DNA of 64,000 nucleotides from the human T2T-CHM13v2.0 reference genome, Homo sapiens: assembly GCF_009914755.1 (NCBI RefSeq), contig NC_060944.1; one strand, 5' to 3'. A program made the position numbers and the translations under genes. Below, piece after piece: positions 40,675-59,700 of this stretch (position 1 is its first letter; every line of letters begins with the position of its first letter). Under the pieces are notes generated by a model, which was not told the origin of the DNA, made no database searches, and worked only from the letters and a program-made list of their open reading frames with translations.

Positions 40675-41420
40675 TGAACCTGAGAACCATCCTTGACACT
40701 TCTCTCTCTTTCATCCCCCATATACCATCCATTTCTAAATCCAATCACTTTTGCCCCCAAATAACTCTGAATTCTCTCCCCTTCCCATTACATCCACAGT
40801 TATTTCCTAGTCAAAGCTGCAATTATTTCTTACTTGGACCTTGGCACATTTCAGGCACACACATTTTCTCTTCATCCCCCAGCTTAAACCAGTTCAGTGA
40901 CTTTCCATTTTCCCACTGTTAGACCAAAAGCCAGAATCCTTGGCATGGACAATGGCCTGGGTACAGCCAGGATTTGTTGCCAGCCTGGCCTCCCTCGTTC
41001 TGCTCCCTACATCTCTGTGTTAGCCACACTGGCCTTCTCACAGACTCTGGAGCATACCGTGCCATCTCCCACCACAGGGCCCTTGCACATGCTGTTTCTT
41101 CTGCCTGGAATGCCCACTCCATCACATCCTGCACAAATATATTGGCCCCACTTAATTCTGTACATGTTTAAGAGCTCAGGCCTAAGCTTCACTTCCTTAG
41201 GGAGTTCTCTATCCAATGGATTCTACTCCAGTTTAGACCAATTGCCTTCTCCCTCTGTGTAGTAATGATTGGCTTAATATTTGTCTCCACTAGAGTAGAA
41301 GCTCCATGGAAACAAGACCCTCACCAATGTTGTTCTCCACTATGTCCAAGAGGCCCAGTACAGTGGCAAACTCATAGCAGAAACACAATAAAATAGGTGT
41401 TGAATGAGCAAATAATGAAT
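40675..41420 (+). mobile_element. L2 (L2a-like) 3' region
   Basis: CATCCTTGACACTTCTCTCTC...CAGGGCCCTTGCACATGCTGTTTCTTCTGCCTGGAATG...CACTAGAGTAGAAGCTCCATG...GTTGAATGA. Confidence 0.85.
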
Positions 41421-43059
41421 TAATTGGGAAGTGGGAGTAGGGGATCTTGGGTTCTAGTCTTTCTTTCCCTTCCTCCCTATCTCTCTCTCTCTCTAACTCA
41501 ATGAGCAGTATAATCAAACTAGGTAACAAGTAGAAGGGGTAAAAATACAGGGCTTGGGTAGTAAGAGCTGCAAGACATGGGACAGAGAAATCCATAAATG
41601 TCCAATGTATGCAGGCAACCGAAAAGCCCTCAGCATCTGACATTTCTCTGAGTATGGCAGAAATCTAAAATGTGTCAGTGGCTTGGCCCCTGAGCATTTA
41701 GATTTTTGTAGGCTACCACACATTTGGGCAAAACTACTTCCAAACTGCTGGGCCATGTATAGATTACTACTTTCCTGGCCTGCTTTTAACATTTATTTGT
41801 AGGAGGCAAGACTGAGCCAATGGTCCTGAGGGCCCCACGGTAGGCCACCGAGGGCTCAAAGAGTCTGGCGGCACCATTGGCTCATGTGCATACCCAGCAA
41901 ACTCATGTTCTTGCATCCAGCTTTGGAGCTGGTGGGAGACACTGGATAAGGACTCTGTTTTCAAGGAACAACCACTGTGAGCTAGCTTAAGTCGAAAGGG
42001 GAAATTTGTATCTCCAGACTTGAGACCATGTCTTATAAAGGATCAAAACCAAGCACACAGCCAGGGCTGCCTCCCTCTGGACATCTTATTTATTCTCTCT
42101 GATTTTAGAGAGCTTTGGTGGGTGTAAGATGTGACCCTGCTCCTTCCATTTAAGAGACTTGCCCAGATTGGGCATCTGAGTCCCGTCCTGAACTCTCAGA
42201 ACAGGACCCCGACAGGCGCAGCTGCATGAGGGTCCACATACAGCCCAATGAACCATGGCCAGGGTGGAGAGGTAACCATGAGCAAACCACAGAGCTCCTC
42301 AGATCCACTCCTGGAAGTTAAGGGGGCTGATGAGCTGGTGGCAAGCTTGGTAAACACGCTAAGAGGCTCTGACAGTATGATGCCTATCTTTGGAATGAAG
42401 GGTCTGTACTGAATGTTAATAGAATCAGCAGTGGGAAACTCCAAGTAAGGATGACCGCCTTTTTACGACATATCATCTGGTTTATTGTACTGTACACGGT
42501 GAGTGCATTATACACGGTATGAGACTGGAAGTCCCTGTGGTAAGAAACTACGTGGTCTGGTGTTCTAACAAATAACAAATATTCTACTGGGGCTCAAAAA
42601 TAAGTAATAATGACATCATCTCCACGGCTTTTTCATTACTGACACTAGCATGGAAGCTATTCTTCATGGCTTAAGTAATCCCCAGTAATCAAAACAAGGC
42701 ACCATCTTGCTGAAGAACCCATTTGCTTTGCTGCTGGGGAATGTTGTCATGTGAGGAACTGAAGCGTAATGAGAGTGACTCACAAAAGGGTTTCCACACG
42801 GAGAGAACAGGCCACCATCTCCAGCCTTCCTTTTGTTTTCTATGCCCATAAATTTGATTTTATGCACCTTGCAGGGTTCATAGCCACCTGCATTCTCTTT
42901 CCATTGAGGATGCCCTCTGCAATCCTGGTCCTTAACCCAGAGAAAGAGCGCAGGAGTATCAGGAGTCCGGATGAAGTCTGAATTATCAGCAACTGAAAGT
43001 TGTGGTGTCAGAACACAGCAAGGCCGGTCATGAAGCTGGAGCAAAGAGGGTGATGTCAC

Positions 43060-43175
43060 ACTAGTGCGTGCCGACTATGAGCTACACCGACTCACACAGG
43101 CCTCTTTTATTCCAACAACAACCCCTCGAGGTCAGTATTAAGTTATATAGCAGCAATGGGTAACCACTGAGTCAT
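43060..43175 (-). mobile_element. Degenerate MIR
   Basis: ACAACAACCCTCGAGGTCAGTATTA...ACTGAG. Confidence 0.45.
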
Positions 43176-44654
43176 TTAATGCACAGATGTAAATTTGGGG
43201 ACAATTTTTCTTACAGTAATGTGGGGAGCAGATTCAGCAGCACACACACTGGAGGCAGAATGTTTATGTTCTGCAGAGCAAAAAATAAAAAAAAAAACCC
43301 TTTCAACCATCAAAAGACCAGGCAAGTCTTGCTGATTTGCAGGACAGAGGGGCTTCTGGCAAGATGTGCCTGGAGCCAGGGGAGCGGCGCTGAAGCCTCA
43401 GGGATGCGCAGGGAGGGGCAGGATGTGGTGTGCATTGCCCTGGAATCATGTTCCTGAGCCTCATCAAGGAGGAGCCGGGTTTCCTGGAGCAGCCGCCCCT
43501 GTGATGACACGAAGGAAAAGGATATGATCAATATCCTTTCTGAAAAGGATGGAAAAACGGCACCCTCCCCTGGACTCGCACACATTTTTTTCTAGCTCAG
43601 CAAGAAAGAGTGAGGTCCCCTCAGCCTCTGCGCACATCAGGGTGACAAAGGTGGACAATGTCTGGTTCGCCTTTCACCTTCAAGGCCAATTCTGGGACTT
43701 ACAGAGTAGGTGTCAAAATTGTATTTTAAGACAAATGCACTTGGTACTGATGTGCTTAATGGCTCCATTTTAGACATTTTCCACAATTCACACTCACACC
43801 TGAGGCAATCAGTATAGAAAAATCTTGGCAGAAAAGTGAACAGGTGACAGGTTTGGGTTACCTGTGAGTGTTTAATTGAAGGACTGTGGTTTCCTTACTC
43901 CTTTGGCTTCACACAGATAATTAAAACTTGAAAGTGCTTTGAATATTTATTCATTTTTTTCACCAACAGCTGATGATCATTAAACACACAGAAAATTCAC
44001 AATAAGTATTTGGTCAAGCCCTTTGTTCTTCCTGTTCGTACAAACCTGCAGGGTGGTTATGAAGATGGATGCGCTCTGGGTATACATTGGTTTTCAACTC
44101 TGCTGAAGGATCAGACACCCTCCCAGATGGAACAGCCCCACCTCTGGCTATAAATATTATAACCCCAGGGATTTCTAAGGAAATACATATTCACTGCTGA
44201 AGGTCCCAAGTGTGAATTTAGCTTAAGGAATGTGGAACGGCAGCCCCTGCCTTTAAACTTTATAATAAGGGTCCTTCCTGGAAGCGCAGCCTCCCGGGCC
44301 CACGCGACGTCTTTTCCTGGAAAACCAAAGACCTCAAGAGCTGCCGTGGCCAGGGCAGGCTCTCAGGTCTCTTTGGCTCTGAGCTCCTTTTTGTAATTCA
44401 GCTTCCTGACGCCTGCATGAAGATGCCAAACACGAAAATGGCTATTGTCCCATTCTAATGGACAAAAGTCCAGACAGGAATAGGCCTTGAAAAAAATGAG
44501 ACTCTGCCCTGTTTTTGGCCAGTCCTGACACTAGGATCCTTCCTATAATACTCAGGTGAGGAAAAAACAAGTTACATATTTTCTTTACCTGCAAATACTG
44601 TGAAATAATAAAACTTTAGAGCATTATTAAACTTGCACTTCAGAAAGAAAACTA

Positions 44655-44845
44655 TTGTATTCCCACATTTTGATTCCAACACACACCCTTCCCTTCCACC
44701 CTCACATTCTTCATATTCCTGAAATTGAGATGCATCTTACCCTCAGAGTTTACATTTTATGTCATGCTCCTCTCTTGAAAAAAAAATCTGTTATTGAGTT
44801 GGTTCTTTGTCTTTCATCTTATGCTATCTGAATTAGGGAAATGTG
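44655..44845. mobile_element. MER104/Tc2-like DNA transposon remnant
   Basis: TCACATTCTTCATATTCCTGAAATTGAGATGCATCTTAC...CTGTTATT... resembles recalled MER104-type consensus. Confidence 0.5.
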
Positions 44846-45723
44846 CCATGTGTTTTTCACCATCCAATTAATTTAAACACAAATATGCTCAATAACTGCA
44901 AAAGGTGACTCTAATGAGCTCTGTGGAAAGCATTTATTTCTTCCTAGACACAGAAATTTCCATCCTTATTCAGTTGGTCTTTCACTTATTTTTGTTCTGT
45001 TCTTGTAGGAACCCCATGTATTTCTTAGCCCACCTTGATCTTTATTGGGCTGTTATATTGCTTTTTCAAGGACATTATTATTGTATGCAAAAAGTCCTTA
45101 TTCTCTGACTATGACTATGCTCTGCATTCACTTTGAAAAAAAAAGTTTGTAAACTAATTTCTCCAGTGATTTGCTCCCCCTAATGCTCTGCAAAATGCCA
45201 GCTGCCTGTGGATATTCCTGGAATTGGCTGCTTGAAACTAAAGGCTCTCAAGTTTTGCAATGATTTTTCCATGATCCTGGCTGTGTCTGAAACGTTTTGA
45301 TGTGAAGAAGCATAAACTGGCTGGACCCTGAGCTGCAAATGAATTTCGTGGTCGGCAGGACTGAGAGTTTCATGTTACTTTCTGTGCAAGACCACCCACT
45401 GTCTCCCCATGACCTCTCCACTGCCCCCCACCCACTGGGATGTACAGCTGCTCTGGAGATGTTATTGAGCCATTCTCCTTCAAGTGCACTAGCCACTCAA
45501 CAACACACACTTTAAGGTTACCGCCTTGCGTCCACCACTATCTTGGGCATGATGGGGACAAGCAGGGCAACCCTTGACATAAAAAGATTTTGTTTTGATT
45601 TTCAGATGTAAAGTCTCTGAGCTCATGAACCTTTATTCCACAAGGACACGTTACATGCACAGAAGTTCTCAGGGCATAACAGAAAAAAAAAAGCAAGAAA
45701 GCAGGGTTCTCCTAACAGTAATT

Positions 45724-46138
45724 TGTGCCCTGTCCTGTGTTAACCCAGATTCCTTTATCAGGACCCTGCACTCATCCCCAATTGCTGGGCATGTGGGCTG
45801 CTAACATTTCACAGCTGCATACTTTTCTGAAGAACTGCCTTTGGCCAATGGTTTCCACTTGTCCTGAAATATCAGGCAGCATACACATCCATTGGTATCT
45901 GACACAGGAATACAAAAGACTGGTCCCCTTGCTTTGAAGTGGGATAAACCTATAGTGCTGTCATGCTACATGTAGGGTCACGCTGAGATTAGACCCCAGC
46001 AACACCACATTTTCACCTGGCCCTTTCCTCTGCCCCACCTCATTTCTTTCCTATCTCTTCTCCTAAAATGCTCATTTAGTAAATAATTCAAAATAATTCT
46101 TACCTTGGGCTTTGCTTCTAGGAAAATTGACCTGTGAA
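45724..46138 (+). mobile_element. LTR16B/E-type solo LTR
   Basis: CCCAGATTCC...GCACTCATCCCCAATTGCTGGG...TACAAAAGACTGGTCCCCTTGC...CCTCTGCCCC...TGCTTCTAGGAAA. Confidence 0.65.
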
Positions 46139-47384
46139 AAATGTTTTATCTCTTTAAGAAATTTTAAAATAAAAACAAAGAAGGGAGGGAAGACATGTAA
46201 GATTACCCTTCATGCAGGCCTTTATTCAGGCCTTGCTATGGAAAAGAAACTAAAATACCACCCCTAAGAGAGTTTCCTGGCTTCAGCAATGCCACCCCTA
46301 GTCTCTTTAGAAGAACCTTTCAGTGGCATCCTTCTATAGCAAACACCACACACCATGCACCCCAAATAGCTGCCAAGAAATGGAACAGGGGCAGCAGGGG
46401 CTGCCCTTCCTCTGGAGGGTAGAATCAGAGCCCTGACCCATGTCCAGAGTGGAAGGTAAACTCAGGTTGAGTTCAATAGAAGGAGCATCTAAGGGGCTCA
46501 TGCAGACAGAAAAGGTCTTCATGAGTCAGGTATGCAGTGACTCTGGAGTTAGATGAGAATCTTACAGTTCTATGAGGGAAGTCACTGCAAAATGACTTTC
46601 ATGGAATTCCAGAAAACCATGTCCAAAAATAGCAAAATAAGATCCTTTCTTGCACTGTAGTTTATGTAGGGATAAAATATACATTTTGAAATGAGACAGA
46701 GTGACCACAGGTAGAGTGAATATGGCAGCTACAGAGGGCTAAATGCATCCTCAAGGTACACCAGGCTTAAAGCATGAAAGCAGGAGGTAATATCCCGACT
46801 CTGGTGACCCAAGAGGCTGTTAGGCAGGTGTTGGACACCATGGCAGACAGTTAAGCAGTAAGGAAAATAATCCTGTAGTGTATGAACCTGAGCTGACTTG
46901 GTGCCCACGGCTGGGCTGGGCTACATCAGGCTCCTCTGGTGTGAGTTTACATTTCAAGGTATGACACTTGATCTCAAAATAGTACAAAACACATGAGAGC
47001 AAGCTGTGTGCATAAATTGGTTCCAGTGCACACAATAAATTAAATACAGATAAAAACATATTTATTGTAAATAGAACTGGCATCCCAAGTTATAAAAATG
47101 TAGTAATTTGATTCCTGACATGATGTTTTAGCACTCTTCACCATAAGACCCACCAGACCCATCTTTGTCAGTCTTTGTCACTCCATCAATTCCTTTCTCA
47201 ACAGAGGATGAACAGGGAAAGATAAGAAAAAAGAGAGAAAGACTGAGTGACCATGGGACTGAGAGGCAGTCAAACATGTGGATGATGGGTGGATGGATGG
47301 ATGAGTGCATAAATAGGGAGAGAGAGAAAAAGGGGCACTGGGAGACAGGGAGGCATACATTTATTTATATAGACAGAGAATGAA

Positions 47385-47660
47385 AATAGCAGTTTTGCCT
47401 CCATAGAAAAAGCATTCCTGAGAATGAAGTCAACACAGGAAAACAACACAAAGGTGAGAGAGGGACAGATACATAAAGACATTACATGAACTACTGGATC
47501 CACTATAATATAGTAGAAACAAGAGTAAGCTCAAGATCAGTTTCAGAGTTTGCTTGGGGAGCAGGAGAGTCCATGAGTGGCCAATGTTCCTACCTGGGTA
47601 TATGTTCCTAAAAACTTTTCTGTCCAGGCCAATACATTTCATTTCCCATTGTCTTAGTTC
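47385..47660 (+). mobile_element. MLT1J/K-type LTR fragment
   Basis: CTGAGAATGAAGTCAACACAG...CTGGATCCA...GCCAATACATTTC. Confidence 0.5.
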
Positions 47661-47954
47661 CTCATGTGTCAAGTGTGTGGGGAGATGAATGTAATATTTG
47701 AAATGTCATATGATTCTTTTGAATCAAGTTTTGCTCACTATTCTTTCATTACTCTTTCAAAATTTAGGTTTCAGATCCTATTTAATTTTATTCTATATTG
47801 GCACAATCCATAATAAATTTTCTTATATTCTCACCTCTCACTGCTCAGTAGTTTACTTGTATTTAGTTAAGATTTTCATATACAAAAAAGTAATGATTTT
47901 GTGATGATGAATACTGTTGAGGTTTTCTTCATTTTATTTCTTATCTTAAAAAAA

Positions 47955-49810
47955 TAATCCTTCTAATCTGATGGCATATAAGAAGTTTGGTAGTCATCAT
48001 TTCTGTCCTTACAAAAGGAAAAAGCTGAATAAACTGAAAATCAACTCTCTTCTAAGATTCAACAGAATATTAATGTCACAGGGCGAATGCTGTCCCCAAA
48101 ACTGTAGAGGCAAGCAAATAAAGAGAATCATAGCTTACTGGGAGAAGAGAGTGCTGCTGCAGCCAGTGACTCACAGGAAAACTTAAAGGGTAATAGACTA
48201 ATTGCTGACGTCTGAGAGTTTTCTCCTGGAGACCCAGCCTTATGGGGACCCACACTTTCATGAATCTGATCCCCAGGAATTTCACCATGTTCTCAGAGTG
48301 AAGATCAGAGAATATTTTCTTCCTAATTCCATTGGGAGAAGGGAAAAGTAACCATTTGGAAATATGCCCGGAGTATTCTGTTCTCCATAACAAAGACCTG
48401 CCCTCAAAACAACACAAAACAAAACAAAAACTGTTTTATCAGAGCCTTACTCAACATGGATTAAGGGCAATATCCAACTCTAGCCCCTTCTAACCTCACT
48501 GTTCTATCTAAGGGGGTGAGGGGAGCTGAGAAGCATTTGTGCACATAACAACTCAGAGGCACAGATCCACTAAAAGACTGAGATCTAATCATAGGATTAC
48601 AGAAAGCTTCCTCTCTCCACACAATTTACCACCACTTCAATAGGGCTCCAGTGAATAACAGAAGATAACAGCTGAAAAAACTGTTAATGTCGGACCATAT
48701 TTTTTAAAAAAAGAAGTCTCTGGGGAAACAGAAAGACAACAAGGGATACCCAAAAAGTGACATCAGGGAATATTTAGCCTCTGACACCTACAACTGAAGC
48801 AAATAAAAGACATCCTAACTTCTAGTCAGATGAATTTTAAAACCCCACACTCAAAGCCTATTTATTTGTTTCTTTTAGTTAATATGTCATCTTTGCTTTC
48901 AACACAAAAATTTACAAAGCATACTAAAAGACAAAACTCAAAACAAAATTAAAAAGCCCAGTCCAAAGAGAAAGAACAAGCATCAGAACCAGACCCAGAT
49001 ACAGCAGAGATTTTGGAATTATTAGACCAGGAATTTAAAATAACTATGATAATATGCTAAGGGCTCTTGTAAAAAAAATTAGGCAATGTACAAGAACAAA
49101 TAGATAATGTAGGCAGAGAGATGGAAACGCTAAAAAAAATTAAAGTTAAATGCAATGAATAAAAAACACTGTAACACAAATGAAGAATGCCTTTGATGAA
49201 CCCATCAGTAGACTGGGTGTGGCTGACAAAAGAATCTGTAAGCCTGAACACATGGTACTAGAAAGCTTCCCAAACTAAAAAGGAAGGGAAAAAAGAATGA
49301 AAGGAAAACGAATAAAACATTCAAGAACCGTGGAACAATTTCAAAAGATGTAACATGCATGTAATGGGAATATCAGAGGAAGGAAAAAGAAAGAAATAAT
49401 GAAGAGAAGAAATATTTGAAGTAATAATGGCTGATAATTTTCCAAAACTAATTACAGACACTGACCACTGACCCAGGAAGCTCAGAGAATATCAAGCAGG
49501 GCAAATACCAATAAAATCTATACTTAGGCATATCATATTCAAACTGCATAAAATCAGAAACAAAAAGAAAACCTTCAAAGAAGCCAGGTGGGAGGTGGGA
49601 CAGCATTACCTACAAAGAAACAAGAAAAATAATTATATCAGATTTATTTTAAGAAACATTTCAAACCAAAAGAGAGTGGACTAAATACTGAAACTCTTGG
49701 GGGGAATAAAAAACACACACCAACCTAGAATTCTGCATCCAGTAAAATTATCCTTCAGAAGTGAAGGAGAACTAGATTTTGTCAGACAAGCAAACACTAA
49801 GAGGATTTAT
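47955..49810 (+). mobile_element. Ancient L1M (L1M4/L1MC-like) 5' UTR and degenerate ORF1
   Basis: Homologous to 28200-29000; ORF1-like GAATTTAAAATAACTATG...CCAGGAAGCTCAGAGAA...CAACCTAGAATTCTGCATCCAGTAAAATTATCCTTC. Confidence 0.8.
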
Positions 49811-50110
49811 CATGTGATGTTGACCTTGTATCTTGGGACCTTGTTACACAGTTCACTGAGTAATATTTTATTGTATGAAATGAATGTATCACACATTATA
49901 AACCACAATTTGTTTATCTGTTCAACTATTGAAGAATATCTTACTTGCTTCCAAGTTTTAACAAATAAGAATAAAGATGTTATAGATATTCATGTGCAGA
50001 TTTGTGTGTGGATATAAATTTGATTTCTTTCAACAGTACTTTGTTTTTTAACATATAGATCTTGTACATATTTTGTAGTATGTATGCATACTGCTTTATT
50101 GTTGAAATAA
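49810..50110 (-). mobile_element. Old L1M ORF2/3' fragments in antisense
   Basis: ACCACAATTTGTTTATCTGTTCAACTATTGAAGAATATCT...TTCCAAGTTTT...ATTCATGTGCAGATTTGTGTGTGGATATA. Confidence 0.65.
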
Positions 50111-50199
50111 TACTTTATTTCTAAAAAAATTAAAATTATAGGGTTTTAAAAATTTTTATAAAACTTATTACACAGGCCCATTATCTATAATAAAAGTGA

Positions 50200-50870
<671 letters not shown>

Positions 50871-50893
50871 TTTTCAAGTAACCCAATATTTTT

Positions 50894-55092
<4,199 letters not shown>

Positions 55093-55441
55093 GAATATTT
55101 TTCAAAAGCTTCATTTGAGAATGGAGTTTTAGCCTAAAGCTATTAATTTTCTTAATTTTGAAATAGACCCAATTATTACACATCTTTTTTTGTTAAGATC
55201 ACCTTTTTTCTTAATATTTAATAACCATACAACTACAAAACATGAGAGTCAAATTGAGGTAGAATAAGTAAAGAGAGACAAACTCTTATTTATCTGGCAA
55301 ATTCCCATCAAACAAATGAAACAGAAAATAAATGAGCATCATTTATGAAAAGGCTTATGTGTTTTATAGCTCTATGCCCACAGAAAATGTAACTTATTGT
55401 ATCAGTCAAAGTGTCCCTCAGAATCTGAGCACTGAATTTTA

Positions 55442-56458
55442 TTTATTTATTTTTATTTATTTATTTATTTTTTACTTTAAGTTCTGGGATACATGTGCAG
55501 AATGTGCAGGTTTGTTACATAGGTATACACGTGCCATGGTGGTTTGCTGCACCTATGAACCTGTCATCTAGATTTTAAGTCCTGCACACATTAGGTATTT
55601 GTCCTAATGCTCTCCCTCCCCTTGACCCCACCCCACAACAGGCCCGAGTGTGTGCTGTTCCCCTCCCTGTGTCCACATGTTCTCACTGTTCAACTCTCAT
55701 TTATGAGTGAGAACATGCAGTGTTTGGTTCTCTGTTCCTGCATTAGTTTGCTGAGGATGATGGCTTCCAGCTTCAACCATGTGCCTGCAAAGGACATGAT
55801 CTCATTCTTTTTTATGGCTGTATAGTATTTCATGGTGTATATGTGCCACATTTTCTTTATTCAGTCCATCATTGATGGGCATTTAGGTTGGCTCTAAGTC
55901 TTTGCTATTGGGAACAGTGCTGCAATAAACATACGTGTGCATGTGTCTTTACAGTAGAATGATTTATAATCCTTTGGGTATATACCCAGTAAAGGGATTG
56001 CTGGATCCTTGAGGAATCCCTGAGGAATCCTTCTAGATCCTTGAGGAATTGACACACTGTCTTCCACAATAGTTGAGCTAATTTACATTCCCACCAAGAG
56101 TGTAAAAGCATTCCTATTTCTCCACAGCCTCGCCAGGATCTATTGTTTCTTGACTTTTTAATAATCACCATTTTGACTGGTGTGAGATGATATCTCATTG
56201 TGGTTTTGATTTGCATTTCTCTAATGATCAGTGATGATGAGCTTTTTTTCATATGTTGTTGGCTGCATAAATGTCTTCTTTTGAGAAGTGTCTGTTCATA
56301 TCCTTTGCTCACTTTTTGATGGGGTTGTTTTTTTCTTGTAAATTTATTTAAGTTCCTTGAAGATTCGGGATATTTGACCTATGTCAGATGGGTATAGTGA
56401 AAAAATTTTCTCTCATTCTGTAGGTTGTCTGTTCACTCTGATGCTAGTTTCTTTTGCT
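55442..56458 (-). mobile_element. 5'-truncated L1PA8-like element
   Basis: (TTTA)n tail, TTTTAAGTCCTGCACACATTAGGTATTTGTCCTAATGC diagnostic; perfect 14-bp TSD AGCACTGAATTTTA at 55428-55441 / 56459-56472. Confidence 0.95.
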
Positions 56459-57099
56459 AGCACTGAATTTTAAATGCTGACCTACTTATTATTGCTTTAT
56501 ACTGGGTTCAATGTGGACAGTATCTTACACAAATACCTTTCAGGAATCACCACACTTCTCCCATCACTCTATCCACATCTACACCCGCCCTGAGTGGCTG
56601 CAATTATCAGTAGTGTGAGAAGTAGGGAATCTAATTATAGCCATCAAAAAAAGTGAAGTGAAGTGCAGTGAAGCTAAAGCAGCAACGTTACAGTCCACCC
56701 TGCACTGTGCACCCTGCACTTTGGCTCTGGTGGTACAAGAGAACTCAAAGCTGACACTAACTTTATTTATTTGTATCTCAAGGTTTAAAACAGCAGAAAT
56801 TATCACTACTGAAGTGTTGAAGGGGCAGTGTGAAAATCTCTAAGCTTACCCCTAGCCCCCCAAAGGTTCCATTTTTTAATACAAAACTTGACTTGATGAG
56901 CATTCAGTTCAATCATGCACATTGTCATTGCTGGTCTGTGCAATGCCCTCCTCTTATTTCTATTGATGGTTGATTGATTCATTCATTGTTTTGCACTGTA
57001 TTCTTATAATCACTATTATTCCCCTTCCCCAAAGGGAATACATGCTAATGTTTTTAATAAATGTCCTTGTATATGGACATATTGTGAACAAGAAGGGCT

Positions 57100-57602
57100 T
57101 TTTTTCTTTTAAAGTAATTTTTGACTTATAGAAAAGTTGTGAAGATAGTACAGAGAGTTCCCATATACCCTAAACCCTGTTTCCTCTATTATTCACATAT
57201 TACCTTAATAGGGTATATGTGTCACACTAATCAATCAATATTAGTATATATTTATGCATTAAGCTCCACACTTTATTCAAATTTCTTTAGTTTTTCCTTA
57301 ATGTTCATTTTCTGTCCCAGGATCCCACCCAGGACACCATGTTACATTTAACCATCATCTCTCCTTTGCCTTCTCTGTTCTGCAACAGTTTCTCAGACTT
57401 TCCTTGTTTTTGTTGACCTTGACATTGAGGAGTACTGGTCATGCACTTTGTAGAATGCCCCTCAATCTAGGTTTGTCTGCTGTTTTTCTCATGGTTAGAT
57501 GGAGGTTGTGAGTTTGTGGGGAGACAACAGAGCTGAAGTGCTATTCTCAACACATCAAACAAGGGTGCAAGTCATACATATGACTTATCACTGATGATGT
57601 TA
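57100..57602 (-). mobile_element. L1MC4-type 3' UTR
   Basis: GATAGTACAGAGAGTTCCCATATACCC...CAGGATCCCACCCAGGACACC...GAGGAGTACTGGTCA..TTTGTAGAATGCCCCTCAA. Confidence 0.85.
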
Positions 57603-57649
57603 TAAATACAATCACAAGAATACAAAGAAGAAAATTAGCATTTCTACTA

Positions 57650-58932
<1,283 letters not shown>

Positions 58933-58935
58933 CTG

Positions 58936-59425
58936 TGTATCAGTTAGGGTCCTAGCAGAAAACAGATGACATCCCCAAGGGTTAATTAAGGAAAATTTAA
59001 TAATGGGCCATTTACAATGGCATGATTCAGGGTGCGGAAAACTCATAAAGATAGGTTCAGCTGGGGAGATGTTACCCACTTGGGCCTGAGGTTGGGGAGC
59101 AGCAAGGAGCAGATACAGAGCTGGAGCACCTGCTTATACAAGAGGCACCCACCATGGGAGTGCAGGCTTTAGATAGAGGCAACCTTTAAGGGGGGACCTG
59201 GGGAGTGAAATCCTCTGCTCCACTCTGCTCTTGTCCTCAGCCCTCCTTCTTGTGTTCACCATTAATCTAAACCACCTAGAAGTCCGAGGATAAAAGAGCC
59301 TGCTGAGTAGTCCCCATGTAGTCTCCATAGGTCAGCCTTTGGGGTCACGAGCATGTTAGAAAAGGCACAAGTCAAGTAGTGAGTGGTAAGTGGAGCTGGA
59401 GGTCTACATAGAAATCATCTACTCC
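58936..59425 (-). mobile_element. LTR33-type ERVL LTR
   Basis: TGTATCAGTTAGGGTCCTAGCAGAAAACAGATG...TTTAATAATGGG...GGGCCTGAG...CCATAGGTCAGCCT...GTGGAGCTGGAGG. Confidence 0.75.
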
Positions 59426-59700
59426 ACCCTTTTCGCTGGGCAGCCTCCATCCCATCCTTTTTCCAGATGAAAGTTCCTAACACAAAAGACACACAAATTT
59501 CCATCGGCTGCCTATTAAGCAGGGGATGTCAATAAGATTATCCTCCCTTCTCAAAACTTAACAATTAGCTTTCACCAATACTTTCATATAATATTTCAAG
59601 GGGAATGCATAAAAGAAGTAATAATCGGCATAAATCACAGCTGCTCTAGTAACCCCTTTTGTAGCTGGGCATGAGGCCAGGGTTGGTGGCAAAGGAAGCT
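59426..59700 (-). mobile_element. Probable ERVL internal 3' segment adjoining the LTR33
   Basis: Pyrimidine run (polypurine tract on the element strand) immediately inside the LTR, then ERVL-int-like TAGCTGGGCATGAGGCC. Confidence 0.4.

Noticed and set aside
40302-41262. 206-aa and 121-aa ORFs
   Set aside because: Largely read-through of an L2 remnant; no recognisable domain or splice structure
39530-41420. Oppositely oriented L2 pair as a fold-back structure
   Set aside because: Too diverged for stable pairing
43517-43539. Hairpin AAAGGATAT-GATCA-ATATCCTTT (also GATCCAC-TAT-GTGGATC near 25139)
   Set aside because: Stems of 7-9 bp are expected by chance in 64 kb and too short for a pre-miRNA
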